This document shows positions 1 through 8,719 of a DNA stretch of 64,000 nucleotides, piece by piece. This DNA comes from a virus: positions 13,873-77,872 of IMG/VR virus record IMGVR_UViG_3300045772_000033. One strand, written 5' to 3'. The first letter of the stretch is position 1. The number at the start of each line of letters is the position of its first letter. Below the pieces are notes generated by a model. That model saw only the letters and a program-made list of their open reading frames with translations. It had not been told where the DNA came from and ran no database searches. Made by a program: the position numbers and the translations under genes.

Positions 1-1
1 C

Positions 2-1522
2 CAGGCTTACGGCTTTGAGACCAGTGATCGCTACCGCAAGATGATGTTCTCGCTGTTTCGCACAGCGTTGCATGAAAAAAGAGTTGTGACCAAAGACAAA
101 ATCTTCGTCGATCAGATGAAGAAGGCCAAGCTGGAGATGAACTGGCGGTGGACTGTTTCGGTTGGCCACGACGATGTTTTGATGTGCCTCAATCCAAAGG
201 AGTTAGTGGAAACTGAGGCCGGTTTTAAACCTATAAGCGAGATTCGTTCGAGTGATCTTGTGCGGACGCACACAGGTGAAATTCATCAGGTTCAAGGTGT
301 CATGTCTCGTGAAGTGAATGAGGAGATGGTTCACGTCGGAGTGATGGGAAATTCTGAACCTGTGCGAACGACGGGCAACCATCCTTACTACGTGTGCCGG
401 TACGAGTGGACCCGGCTGAAGGGCACGCGTAAAGTCACCAAGAATCAAGTTGAGTTCGCATCGTGGAAAGCTGCCGTAGACTTGCGTCTAGGGGACTCGG
501 TCCTGTTTCCAAAGCGGAAGAGCTTGCCGTCGGCCAGACTCCCCGGCGATCAGTTGTGGATTCTCGGTTGGTATTTAGCCGAGGGATCGTCTTGTCCGCG
601 TACTCGCAAGGGGAAGATGGGCCGTGGAGTTGCGTTCAGCCTAAGTTCAGCAGAACGAGATGTGGCGAAACGGCTATGTGAAGTGTTGCTCAAATACGAT
701 CCACCTAGCCGCTCTAACCAAAAGCCTCCACGTGTTCAAGAGATAGCGGGTAAGAACGCAATTCGAGTGGTCTACTCTTCGCGCTATTGGCACGGTTTCT
801 TTACGAAGCTCGCGGGAGGATTGCAACAGGTTCGGAAAATTCATCCCTCTGTTTACAATTGCTCCGGGCTGTTACCGCTGGCGGGAGCGTTCATGTCAGG
901 CGATGGATCACAACCGAGGGGGCAACGCAACGCGATCCATGCGAGTAGTACCTCGCGTGTACTAATTCATCAGATCAGGCAGATATTGATCGATGAGGGA
1001 ATCTGGGCCACCATCAGCAAGCCGAAGAGCCAGGACATTTGGACTCTATGCGCCTCCGCCGAGTTCATCGAGCGATTTGTTGGCATATCGAAGTTTCATT
1101 CTGTAGAGCGGAAATTTCACAAACGGCACGTTGTTGAGACGGACGAGGGCTTCTGGGCGCCGATCAAATCTCTGGAACTGGTTCCTTACTCAGGTCCGGT
1201 GTTTAATCTCGACGTTGAGGGGGATCATACTTATCAGGCACAGGGAGTGGCGGTTCACAACTCAGGATTTCTCGGTTGGATCGCTTTAGAACAAAATCAC
1301 CCGGCCCCTTGCCGATCCATCGCCCCCCGTAATGTCATGCTCACCAAAGAGGAGATTGAAAACGCCGGTTTCTCTCCGGTGCGCGGTCAGATGCCTGAAT
1401 GGTTGCGAGATCCGAGTGTGACGGGTTCAGGGATGCTGCTGACCAGTGGGAACGATCACCTGAAGAAGCTGGAAATCTACAGTAAGAAAAAGCAGCAGCG
1501 AAACCGCCTTGAATGGGTCTAG
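2..1522 (+). CDS. terL: Terminase large subunit, C-terminal nuclease part (5' truncated by the window), intein-containing
   Basis: Frame is open from base 2. GFETS..RK motif and GHDDVLM (HDD) nuclease motif; lies upstream of the portal gene. Confidence 0.8.
   Translation, partial: QAYGFETSDRYRKMMFSLFRTALHEKRVVTKDKIFVDQMKKAKLEMNWRWTVSVGHDDVLMCLNPKELVETEAGFKPISEIRSSDLVRTHTGEIHQVQGVMSREVNEEMVHVGVMGNSEPVRTTGNHPYYVCRYEWTRLKGTRKVTKNQVEFASWKAAVDLRLGDSVLFPKRKSLPSARLPGDQLWILGWYLAEGSSCPRTRKGKMGRGVAFSLSSAERDVAKRLCEVLLKYDPPSRSNQKPPRVQEIAGKNAIRVVYSSRYWHGFFTKLAGGLQQVRKIHPSVYNCSGLLPLAGAFMSGDGSQPRGQRNAIHASSTSRVLIHQIRQILIDEGIWATISKPKSQDIWTLCASAEFIERFVGISKFHSVERKFHKRHVVETDEGFWAPIKSLELVPYSGPVFNLDVEGDHTYQAQGVAVHNSGFLGWIALEQNHPAPCRSIAPRNVMLTKEEIENAGFSPVRGQMPEWLRDPSVTGSGMLLTSGNDHLKKLEIYSKKKQQRNRLEWV
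185..1261 (+). mobile_element. Intein (359 aa) with LAGLIDADG homing endonuclease in terminase
   Basis: Begins CLNPKELV; block B TTGNHPY; LAGLIDADG-like WILGWYLAEGS and LAGAFMSGDGS; ends VFNLDVEGDHTY..VAVHN followed by Ser(+1). Confidence 0.93.
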
Positions 1523-1532
1523 GAGAGTGGAG

Positions 1533-2549
1533 ATGACCAATGATCGAGCAACAAGACCGCAAGTTAATCCTGACCTTTCCGACGCCGGACTCGGCGACGA
1601 CCTTCGCAGCTTTCTTGCGTCAGATGTTCAGCCTGGCAGAGTCGTCCTTGCCGGCGGATCTGTCATCGACGACCGCGTTGAGCGGGGCACAGGCCGACAG
1701 CGCAATCTCCTCGCCACCTTCCGAGCCGTCCCTGGAGACCGTGCAGCCACCTCTGGTTTCCCCGGAACCCGAACTTTTGCCCCAGGCCGCGTTTCGCTCG
1801 CGCCACACCGTTCTGACCCCGGAGCGGCAGGATCAACTGTTCAACCAGCGGGCAGCGGGGATGTCGGCCAACCAACGCCTGCTCCGGGCTCAAACGACCT
1901 TGAGGGATGGCGTGCTGCCATTCAGCAAGCCGGGGCAGACTCCCGCGCCATCGGGCCAGCCGTCGCCGCGGCAGAGAGCGCAGACGGAGGGAGGCTTCGC
2001 GGATGGGGCGCCGAAGGCGCCCGCACTGCGGCTGGCAGTGTCGGCCAATCCCCCAGTGGGGCCAAAGGCGCTGGTCGAGGAACCGCGAAGAAGCCGGCTA
2101 AGGCCGGTCCTGCACTCCCCAAGGACATAGCGAAGCTGATTCCTAAAGACGCTGGCGCCGCAGCTCCTCGCGTGATTGTTCCCACCCCCACGGAACGCGC
2201 CACAGCCGCCTCTCTCTTCCGCGAGATCGGAGATCGATTCAACACCAATCGGAAGAAGAGCAAGACGGCGGCCTACGCCGGCTACCGTCACGATCTGATG
2301 GCCAACCTGGACACGCTGGTCATGGGCGGCGCGCTCGATCTGAAGGATGCGACCACGATCATCACCAACCTGGAGCAGTACACCAAGGAGACCGAGGCGG
2401 AATCGACTGAGACCCCGGCGACGATCCTGGGCCGCTGGCTCAGGATGAGCGCGGAGGAGGTGGCCGGGTTGGAAGCTCCTGTGGAAGAAGTTGTGGAAGA
2501 TGAGGAAAAAGTCGAGGAGGAAGAAGAGTTAGCTGAAGAGATCAACTAA
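1533..2549 (+). CDS. Hypothetical protein with helical C-terminal domain and acidic tail
   Basis: ATG at 1533 after GGAG. The 3' part (2131-2549) has protein-like composition and GC-rich third positions; start uncertain. Confidence 0.55.
   Translation: MTNDRATRPQVNPDLSDAGLGDDLRSFLASDVQPGRVVLAGGSVIDDRVERGTGRQRNLLATFRAVPGDRAATSGFPGTRTFAPGRVSLAPHRSDPGAAGSTVQPAGSGDVGQPTPAPGSNDLEGWRAAIQQAGADSRAIGPAVAAAESADGGRLRGWGAEGARTAAGSVGQSPSGAKGAGRGTAKKPAKAGPALPKDIAKLIPKDAGAAAPRVIVPTPTERATAASLFREIGDRFNTNRKKSKTAAYAGYRHDLMANLDTLVMGGALDLKDATTIITNLEQYTKETEAESTETPATILGRWLRMSAEEVAGLEAPVEEVVEDEEKVEEEEELAEEIN
1540..2130 (+). CDS. Hypothetical protein nested in an alternative frame of 1533..2549
   Basis: GGAG RBS upstream; GC-rich third positions; plausible N-terminal domain. 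Confidence 0.55.
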   Translation: MIEQQDRKLILTFPTPDSATTFAAFLRQMFSLAESSLPADLSSTTALSGAQADSAISSPPSEPSLETVQPPLVSPEPELLPQAAFRSRHTVLTPERQDQLFNQRAAGMSANQRLLRAQTTLRDGVLPFSKPGQTPAPSGQPSPRQRAQTEGGFADGAPKAPALRLAVSANPPVGPKALVEEPRRSRLRPVLHSPRT

Positions 2550-2749
2550 CTGAATCCTCTTTCCAATCCAGGTCATGCAAGGAACAGCCATCGAATTTCC
2601 TAACGATTTATAAACTGGGCCGTCGGCCGGGGGCTTGCCGTTGATTCGGATCTGGCTGAAGTAGTTGTCTGGAAATCCTTGTAACCGGCAGCATTCAAGC
2701 TAAAGCGGGGTCAGCCGACGGACTTGCATGGCTGACCCCTGACCTCCGA

Positions 2750-3418
2750 TCACAGAAGTTTTCCTCGGCGTTTCTGCATCGCGTGTTTGCTGCAGTAGCC
2801 GTTTGCATGGTACTTCAAGTTGCAATTCTGGATTACGCATGTCCTTTGTGGATTCGATTCTGTTTCTTTCCTCGCAGTGACAAATTGATTGTCCTTGAGG
2901 ATCAACGGATCGCCCCACTTCTTGAAGCGTTGATAGTGCTTGTCGCAGTATCCCAAGCCCTTCTGAGGCTGTCCACAGACTATACAAAAACGTGAATTGT
3001 GATGTCCTTTCATGTGGCAACTTCGACAAAGTCGTTCCAAGTTCTCTGAATTGTTGTTCTGCCAGTTTTCGTCTTTGTGGTGAACATCCACATTTTCTGA
3101 AGACCCACAGCGCGCGCAAGGTCCAGGAGGGCAAATTTTTCTCGCTCTGCGATGCGAGGCCATCCAGCCTACTTTTGTTAGTTTCGGCTTGGCCTCGGTC
3201 GCTTTTCCAAAACATATCAGATTGCAGTATTTCTTCTTGCCGAATGAGGTTAAGCATTCCAAGTCCCCATTCAGAGAACGACGTCTCTCCAACTTCTTTC
3301 CGCAGGATTCGCAGAATTTCAGTGGAGTCGGTTTTAAGTGTGCGCTCATTGAAACCATCATAATCCAAGGTATCAAGCAATGCAACCCGCGCTGGTTGTG
3401 ATTCGCCTTCGCGCCCAC
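2750..3418 (-). CDS. HNH endonuclease overprinted inside the methyltransferase gene (likely start 3349)
   Basis: CARCG..VHHKDENWQNNNSENLERLCRSCH HNH motif plus CxxC and C..H zinc motifs. Confidence 0.85.
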   Translation of the reverse strand: MGAKANHNQRGLHCLIPWIMMVSMSAHLKPTPLKFCESCGKKLERRRSLNGDLECLTSFGKKKYCNLICFGKATEAKPKLTKVGWMASHRRARKICPPGPCARCGSSENVDVHHKDENWQNNNSENLERLCRSCHMKGHHNSRFCIVCGQPQKGLGYCDKHYQRFKKWGDPLILKDNQFVTARKETESNPQRTCVIQNCNLKYHANGYCSKHAMQKRRGKLL

Positions 3419-3991
3419 GGAGGTTGAAGGCTACTGCCTGCGGCACCTGTCGCGCTTCGACTGTGTATGCCTGGTCGTCGGTTCTGATTCCCACGCCATC
3501 GGGACCGGCCAGCGGATTCTCGCAGATGGCGCGCTCCTGAATGGCGATTGCCACGCACTGCGGTTGCCCTCCTCCAGTTGGGGATTGCTTGGCGATTGTG
3601 AGCGCGCAATTGGCATTGAATTTTGGTGTTTGCTCTGTCGTGAATGCCACTGCCACCTGCCCGCCGGCATTTGCGTGGCTGCCGGAGAAGTTCATCGAGC
3701 GCAGGGTCGGGGAAATTTCTCCGGAGTCGAGGCCTGAGTCTTTGCAGGAGAAAGCGATTGCGTGAACGTCATGCCCGTGCATCGCGTTCAGTGTGAAGCT
3801 AGGCCCATCTTCCTGAGCGACGCTGTTGCCCTTGCTGCCCTGCATATTTAGCATGGCCACCGGCACCAGCGGCGTCCCAATTGGCTGTGCCTCTTCTGCT
3901 TCGTTCCAGTATCCTCTACCCGAAGCGACGAAAGTCTCGCTCTCGAAGTCCAGCCGTCCGTTTGGACCGCCATGCGCGTTGCAGGCCGTGG

Positions 3992-4558
3992 CTACGTCAA
4001 TAGGTCCGCTAGTGTTGTTGCCGCCGAAGCCGGTGGGGACAAGGCAGTCCTGGTCGCGGGTGTCGCCGGGTCGGTCGAAGCCTCGGCCACTTGCTCCAAT
4101 GCAAGGCGCAAGGTCATAGGTAGGGCTTTCCCTCTTTTCTCGGCTCGGCGGAGTATCCCCCGACAGGCTTTGGCGCTCAAATAGAACCGCTGCGGCACGG
4201 CGCCAGTCTCCAAGATGTCCGACAAGGAAGACGCGACGGCGGCGCTGTGGAACTCCAGCGTATTGAGCGTCACAAACGCGATAGGCGAACCCATACCCGA
4301 TTTCCCCCAACGCCCCGATGAAGGCTCCAAACGTCCGTCCTCCATCAATTGACAGGACACCGGGGACGTTCTCCCAGACCAGCCATCGGGTCCGTAAGCG
4401 TTCAGCAAGTCGAGCGAATTCAAGGGTGAGGTTGCCACGAGGGTCAGCCAGTCCAGCTCGGAGACCGGCGACGGAGAAACTCTGGCAGGGGGTTCCGCCA
4501 ACGAGGATGTCGGGGCGGCAGGGGAGATCGTCGAGCGTGATTTTCGTGAAGTCGCCAT
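3992..4558 (-). CDS. Alternative-frame ORF inside the methyltransferase gene, putative second (beta-type) subunit
   Basis: SSLSDILETGAVPQRFYLSAKACRGILRRAEKRGK resembles the LSDILE..YYLS segment of C5 methyltransferases. Confidence 0.6.
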   Translation of the reverse strand: MATSRKSRSTISPAAPTSSLAEPPARVSPSPVSELDWLTLVATSPLNSLDLLNAYGPDGWSGRTSPVSCQLMEDGRLEPSSGRWGKSGMGSPIAFVTLNTLEFHSAAVASSLSDILETGAVPQRFYLSAKACRGILRRAEKRGKALPMTLRLALEQVAEASTDPATPATRTALSPPASAATTLADLLT

Positions 4559-4730
4559 AGTTCTTTACTCCTGGGTAATGATGAGCGAGGACTGCGGAAG
4601 GAAATTTGTCGATTTCGGCAAAGCCAACAGGTTGCCAGCCGAGCGGCCCCCAGGCAACCGAAGCTGCTTCGATTCCAGAGCAAATTGACAAGTAGGTTAG
4701 TGGATGGAAGCCTTCTGGCATAATGCTCAA

Positions 4731-4759
4731 AGTTTATTGCAAACTTAGCCAGAAGTCAA
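4731..4759 (-). promoter_or_regulatory. Sigma70-type promoter for the methyltransferase
   Basis: TTGACT-17 nt-TAAACT just upstream of ATG 4721. Confidence 0.55.
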
Positions 4760-4848
4760 ATTTTTCATTGGTGTTGTGTCTCAATTTCCCGCCCCATCTC
4801 TTTTTCAACTATCCTTCCCCTAGCACCGTTTTCGGAGGCACCCGCCTT

Positions 4849-5052
4849 ATGTCCACTGCCCGCGCCAAGTATCAGACTACCGCACCTGCTGAGTTTTCTT
4901 CAGCCCTCCCTGAGAACCCACGCAAGGATTACACCGATCCTGACGCACGCCCCCCTGGCCGCTCCGGCGGCGGCCCCCCGGTTTCCACGCCTCACCGCGT
5001 CTCGACCTCGCGCCGTAAGACCGCGAAGAAAGCGAGCCGTCGCCGTGGATGA
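4849..5052 (+). CDS. Small basic protein
   Basis: GGAGG RBS; ends SRRKTAKKASRRRG. Confidence 0.6.
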   Translation: MSTARAKYQTTAPAEFSSALPENPRKDYTDPDARPPGRSGGGPPVSTPHRVSTSRRKTAKKASRRRG

Positions 5053-5404
5053 TTACGATTCTGCCCCTCCCGAAGTGACCATCGAGCCGGCTGACAACGG
5101 GTTCGTCGTCCGCCACCAGCAACGCGGCAGCAAGAAGGACGAGCCAAGTCGTACCGTCCGCCGCGTAGCATCCTCTGCCGACGAGGCTTTGGACCACGCC
5201 CGAACGGCGATCAGCGGCGGCAGTAAATCGTTCAAGAAAAGATCAGTTAAACGAGATGGGCAATCAGGCGTGATGTCAGACGCCGAGGGGGAGTCAGGCT
5301 CGGCCTCCTCCCCCGCTGCCCATGCGGCGGCTGCCCACGCAGCGCGCGCTCCCCGCCGTGGCTCAGCCCGGCGCCGTCGCCCCAGAATCGGAGGTCGTAG
5401 ATGA
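5045..5404 (+). CDS. Hypothetical protein with Arg-rich tail
   Basis: Overlapping start/stop with neighbours; VTIEPADNGFVV beta segment; ends RRRRPRIGGRR. Confidence 0.65.
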   Translation: MDDYDSAPPEVTIEPADNGFVVRHQQRGSKKDEPSRTVRRVASSADEALDHARTAISGGSKSFKKRSVKRDGQSGVMSDAEGESGSASSPAAHAAAAHAARAPRRGSARRRRPRIGGRR

Positions 5405-5541
5405 AGAAGGAAATTTGCACACCAGAGAAGGACGAGACACCTGAAATGGAAGGTCGCAGTCATCCGGCCAGCTTTCTTCGCAAAGCAACCCGCGTGGCCG
5501 AGAAGAAGTCCGGCAAGCGCGCGGCCAAGAAGCGGGGCTAG
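5401..5541 (+). CDS. Small basic protein (46 aa)
   Basis: GGAGG RBS; ATGA overlap; MKKEICTPEK...KKSGKRAAKKRG. Confidence 0.6.
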   Translation: MKKEICTPEKDETPEMEGRSHPASFLRKATRVAEKKSGKRAAKKRG

Positions 5542-5544
5542 TTT

Positions 5545-5730
5545 ATGCCCTGGACCGCAGCCGAGGCCACCAAACATGACCGTGCGGCGAAGTCGCCGAA
5601 GCGTAAGAGGCAGTGGGCCAAGACGGCCAACGCCATTCTCAAGCGAACAGGCGATGATGCCCGTGCGATCAGGGGAGCGGATAGCGCGGTGAAAAAGTCT
5701 CAGGCCAAACGCGCACGCAAGCGGGCATGA
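5545..5730 (+). CDS. Small basic protein
   Basis: MPWTAAEATKH..KRQWAKTANAIL..ARAIRGA; sits directly before the portal gene. Confidence 0.7.
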   Translation: MPWTAAEATKHDRAAKSPKRKRQWAKTANAILKRTGDDARAIRGADSAVKKSQAKRARKRA

Positions 5731-5764
5731 TGCTAAGATAGATTGCAGCAACGCTGAGGGTTAG

Positions 5765-7537
5765 ATGTCAAATTTGGTCTTCATTGGCGCGAACAGGAAA
5801 TCCGCGAAGCAGGAGTCCATCGACCCCAGGAGCCGTCATGTGCAAGATTGGGTAGAGGCTTCAGATTCTGCCCGCAATAAAGCCCTTGGCGAATCGTTTG
5901 CAAAGAATGCCGAAGACCTCTACAACCTCCAGGATGCGATGACCCCCGGCCCAGTGTATAGGCCATCCCTCTCAATCCCGATGTTGCAGCGGATCATGCT
6001 TGAAGAGGCGAACCAGGTCTCGAACCTTTCGCCGAGGATGTATGTCTTTCCTTCAGCCGGCGCGGGCGACCCGTCCTATTCCGGCGCCAAGCAGGCCGAT
6101 TCCTCCCTCAATCCTGCCTCAGCGCGCGACCTCGCCCGTGAAGTCTCCCTCCAGGCTCAGTGGCAAATCTCGAAGATGAATCTGCATCTGCTGATGGCAG
6201 GTTTGACCGCGCGCTATTGTGGCGCGGGCTGGATAGTAGCCGGATTTGACCCGGACCTCAGTCGCGCCCGCGGCGGAATGTGGGCACGCAGCATCGATCC
6301 TCGGTTGGTATTCTTCGATCCCGGAGCCGACTACACCTGGAATCCCAGCTACGCAGGCTGGGGCACATGGATGAATCTCGAAGATGTCCGGCTGAAATGG
6401 CCGGAGACTTCGCGCGCGATTTCCCCAAGGCATACGTCCGGCGGCTTCCAGCCATTCTCCGGCGACTCTGGTTACGGGATATCCCAGCCGCAGGGGCCGA
6501 TGTCTTCGATGCCCAACGTCTCCGGCCAGAACGCCCGCACCCAAAGTTCTGAATGGCGTGTGTTGGTTCGACACTGCTTCTGCCGCGACTATACGCGCGA
6601 AACGGTCGAGAAAGACGATGTTCCCGCGACATCTCTGATTGACCCGGAAGTTCGTTTGAAATATCCCAACGGCCGCTGGCTTGTCGAGTGCGAAGGGGTG
6701 ATCCTGCAAGATGGCGACAACCCCTACCCAAAGCGCCGTGATATTTCCGCGCCTCGGTTCCCCATCTTCCCCAATTACGTTCTCCCACCTCTTTTCGGCC
6801 CGTGGGGCATCCCCGTCACACGCATGACCGAGAATATGCAGCGGCTGGCTCAGCGGTTCTATTCTCAGATTTTCGAGAATGGCCTGCGCATGAACAACGC
6901 GCTCTGGGTGATTGAGGAGAATACGGGGATTGACATCGACGGGTTTGGCGGGCTGCCGGGCGAGGTGGTAACAATCAAGCCGGGTAGTAAGCCGCCGACG
7001 CCGATTACGCCCAACGCCCTTGGCAACGGCGCGCTCCAGGGTGCCGAGAAACTCCTCTCACTCCAGAATGACGTGCTTGGATTCTCAGCTTCGCGCCAGG
7101 GTGACCCCGGCGCGGGCAATGTTTCAACCGACCTTTTCGACAGTGCGGTGCTTCAATCTTCCGGCCTGCTCCAACTCGCCGGCCGGTTCCTCACTGAGAC
7201 GGCGCAGATGGCTGGCGAGTTCTTCTTCGATACGATGTGCAAGTATCAGCAGAAAACGACTCTGCCTTACCGCGGGCCGGAGGGGATTACTCTTGCAGCG
7301 TGGAATGGCCAGATTGATCCCTCAACATACGATGTTGCGCTGGACGAGGCCTCTGTCCGGCCTCTGTCCGAGGCGATAGTCCGCAAGATCACGCCTGATT
7401 TGATGTCAAAGGGAGTTGTTGGGCCGGAGCGTGGATTGCGGACTCTTGGTTATCCTGATCCCGAAGGAATTGCCCAGGAGCAGCAGACGAGTCAAGCCCT
7501 GGCCGCGCTGGCAAAAGTAAAGAGTGGCCGTAAGTAA
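5765..7537 (+). CDS. Portal protein
   Basis: 590 aa between terminase and scaffold/capsid; IDPRLVFFDP and YPNGR..EGVILQDGDNPY segments typical of podovirus-type portals. Confidence 0.8.
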   Translation: MSNLVFIGANRKSAKQESIDPRSRHVQDWVEASDSARNKALGESFAKNAEDLYNLQDAMTPGPVYRPSLSIPMLQRIMLEEANQVSNLSPRMYVFPSAGAGDPSYSGAKQADSSLNPASARDLAREVSLQAQWQISKMNLHLLMAGLTARYCGAGWIVAGFDPDLSRARGGMWARSIDPRLVFFDPGADYTWNPSYAGWGTWMNLEDVRLKWPETSRAISPRHTSGGFQPFSGDSGYGISQPQGPMSSMPNVSGQNARTQSSEWRVLVRHCFCRDYTRETVEKDDVPATSLIDPEVRLKYPNGRWLVECEGVILQDGDNPYPKRRDISAPRFPIFPNYVLPPLFGPWGIPVTRMTENMQRLAQRFYSQIFENGLRMNNALWVIEENTGIDIDGFGGLPGEVVTIKPGSKPPTPITPNALGNGALQGAEKLLSLQNDVLGFSASRQGDPGAGNVSTDLFDSAVLQSSGLLQLAGRFLTETAQMAGEFFFDTMCKYQQKTTLPYRGPEGITLAAWNGQIDPSTYDVALDEASVRPLSEAIVRKITPDLMSKGVVGPERGLRTLGYPDPEGIAQEQQTSQALAALAKVKSGRK

Positions 7538-7542
7538 GAAAG

Positions 7543-7815
7543 GTGGACGAGAGAGTGGCGACGAAAGCAGCATCCCCCCAAATCGATCTGGTTCCAGTTC
7601 CAGATCGCGCTACCTCTGCACGTTCCGTTCCCGGCTACAACTGGCACGCACACTGGCTGACTACAACTGAGTTCGCCCGTATGATGGGCCGCAGCCCGTG
7701 GACCGTGCAAACATGGCTTCGGAACGGCACGTTGGCCGAATTCGGATTTCCTGTATGCCAGTTTCGCAGCGGTGGGCTGCATTCAGGGCGGACTTTTATT
7801 CAGAATATCTTCTGA
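7543..7815 (+). CDS. MerR/excisionase-like HTH protein
   Basis: WLTTTEFARMMGRSPWTVQTWLRNG. Confidence 0.65.
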   Translation: MDERVATKAASPQIDLVPVPDRATSARSVPGYNWHAHWLTTTEFARMMGRSPWTVQTWLRNGTLAEFGFPVCQFRSGGLHSGRTFIQNIF

Positions 7816-7942
7816 TCACATTCTCTGCTTAGACTTGGTGTTGTGGAGACGGGGTTCCATTCCGCCTCTTTCCGTTCTATCCTCTCCTTAATCGCACATT
7901 CCTCGGCCTCACGGCCCTGGCTCGTGCAAAAGGAGAAACACC

Positions 7943-7984
7943 ATGGCCAAGCGTCACGTTCGCAAGGAAAAGAAGCGGAAGTAA
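7943..7984 (+). CDS. 13-aa basic micropeptide MAKRHVRKEKKRK
   Basis: Strong RBS AAGGAG at 7-nt spacing. Confidence 0.55.
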   Translation: MAKRHVRKEKKRK

Positions 7985-8088
7985 TCAGCGCAGGAGCTGG
8001 GCAGCGGATTATTTCCGCTGCCTACGCCTCCTGGCCTGATTCCTCCCTGCCTTAGTCGCGCACCCACTCCCGAAAGGAGACCATCCCG

Positions 8089-8220
8089 ATGGCCGGAACC
8101 CCCTCGAAATCAGATTCTCGTCTCATCAAGGACTTTGGTCAGCCCCGGAAGTTTCTGCGCGACGCGCGTGCCAAGATCAGCAGCCGAGCGAAGAAGTCCA
8201 GCTCGGCCCGCCGGCCCTGA
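8089..8220 (+). CDS. 43-aa basic peptide
   Basis: AAAGGAG RBS; ends ISSRAKKSSSARRP. Confidence 0.6.
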   Translation: MAGTPSKSDSRLIKDFGQPRKFLRDARAKISSRAKKSSSARRP

Positions 8221-8339
8221 CTCATCCCGGAGACGGCGCTGCTGGCCTTCGCGCCCCGTCTTCTTAGCCGCCGAGAGGTCAGCTTCAGGTCAACTTCTGA
8301 CTGACTCCGTCTCGGCACCCCGGAGCGAAGGAGGTACGC

Positions 8340-8399
8340 ATGGCACAGCGCGGAGGAAGACGGTCCGTTCGGCGTCGGCGCACCGCCGCTCGCAAGTAG
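8340..8399 (+). CDS. 19-aa Arg-rich micropeptide MAQRGGRRSVRRRRTAARK
   Basis: AAGGAGGT RBS. Confidence 0.6.
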   Translation: MAQRGGRRSVRRRRTAARK

Positions 8400-8565
8400 G
8401 ACTAAACTGGTTCGCCAGCGTGGTCCGTTCGGCGGCAAGGGTGGGAACTGGTGGGGGACTAGACCTCACCCCTCTCCGCCGAAAGCGTTCGATGCGCAAG
8501 ACAGGAAACGGCAGGGGAGGTGGCGGTAACCTCGCTCTCCTGCCGAATCCCAAGGAGACGTGAGC

Positions 8566-8646
8566 ATGAAATCGACAGGCGCAATTCCCCGGATGACCAA
8601 AAAGGTTGACCGGCGCGTGGGCAAAACAAGGGTAGGCAGGAAGTAG
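8566..8646 (+). CDS. 26-aa basic micropeptide MKSTGAIPRMTKKVDRRVGKTRVGRK
   Basis: AAGGAG RBS. Confidence 0.55.
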   Translation: MKSTGAIPRMTKKVDRRVGKTRVGRK

Positions 8647-8719
8647 CCTAGCCAGTCAATTCGCCCGATAGACCAACCAGTACGACGACCTCAGACCCCG
8701 GCACCAAGGAGAAACGGCA

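Larger units (their letters stand above)
2529..4721 (-). pseudogene. DNA cytosine-5 methyltransferase interrupted by one in-frame TAG (2700-2702)
   Basis: Motifs I (ICSGIEA), IV (GGTPCQSFS), VI (ENVPG), VIII (QRRRRVF). After RRLTPL-TAG the frame continues LECCRLQGFPD..YKSLGNSMAVP to TAA at 2529. Confidence 0.85.

Noticed and set aside
2700-2702. Genome-wide TAG recoding (in-frame TAG here and at 63451)
   Set aside because: TAG ends terminase, capsid, polymerase and other genes normally; no suppressor tRNA is seen; the second case sits in an otherwise broken gene.
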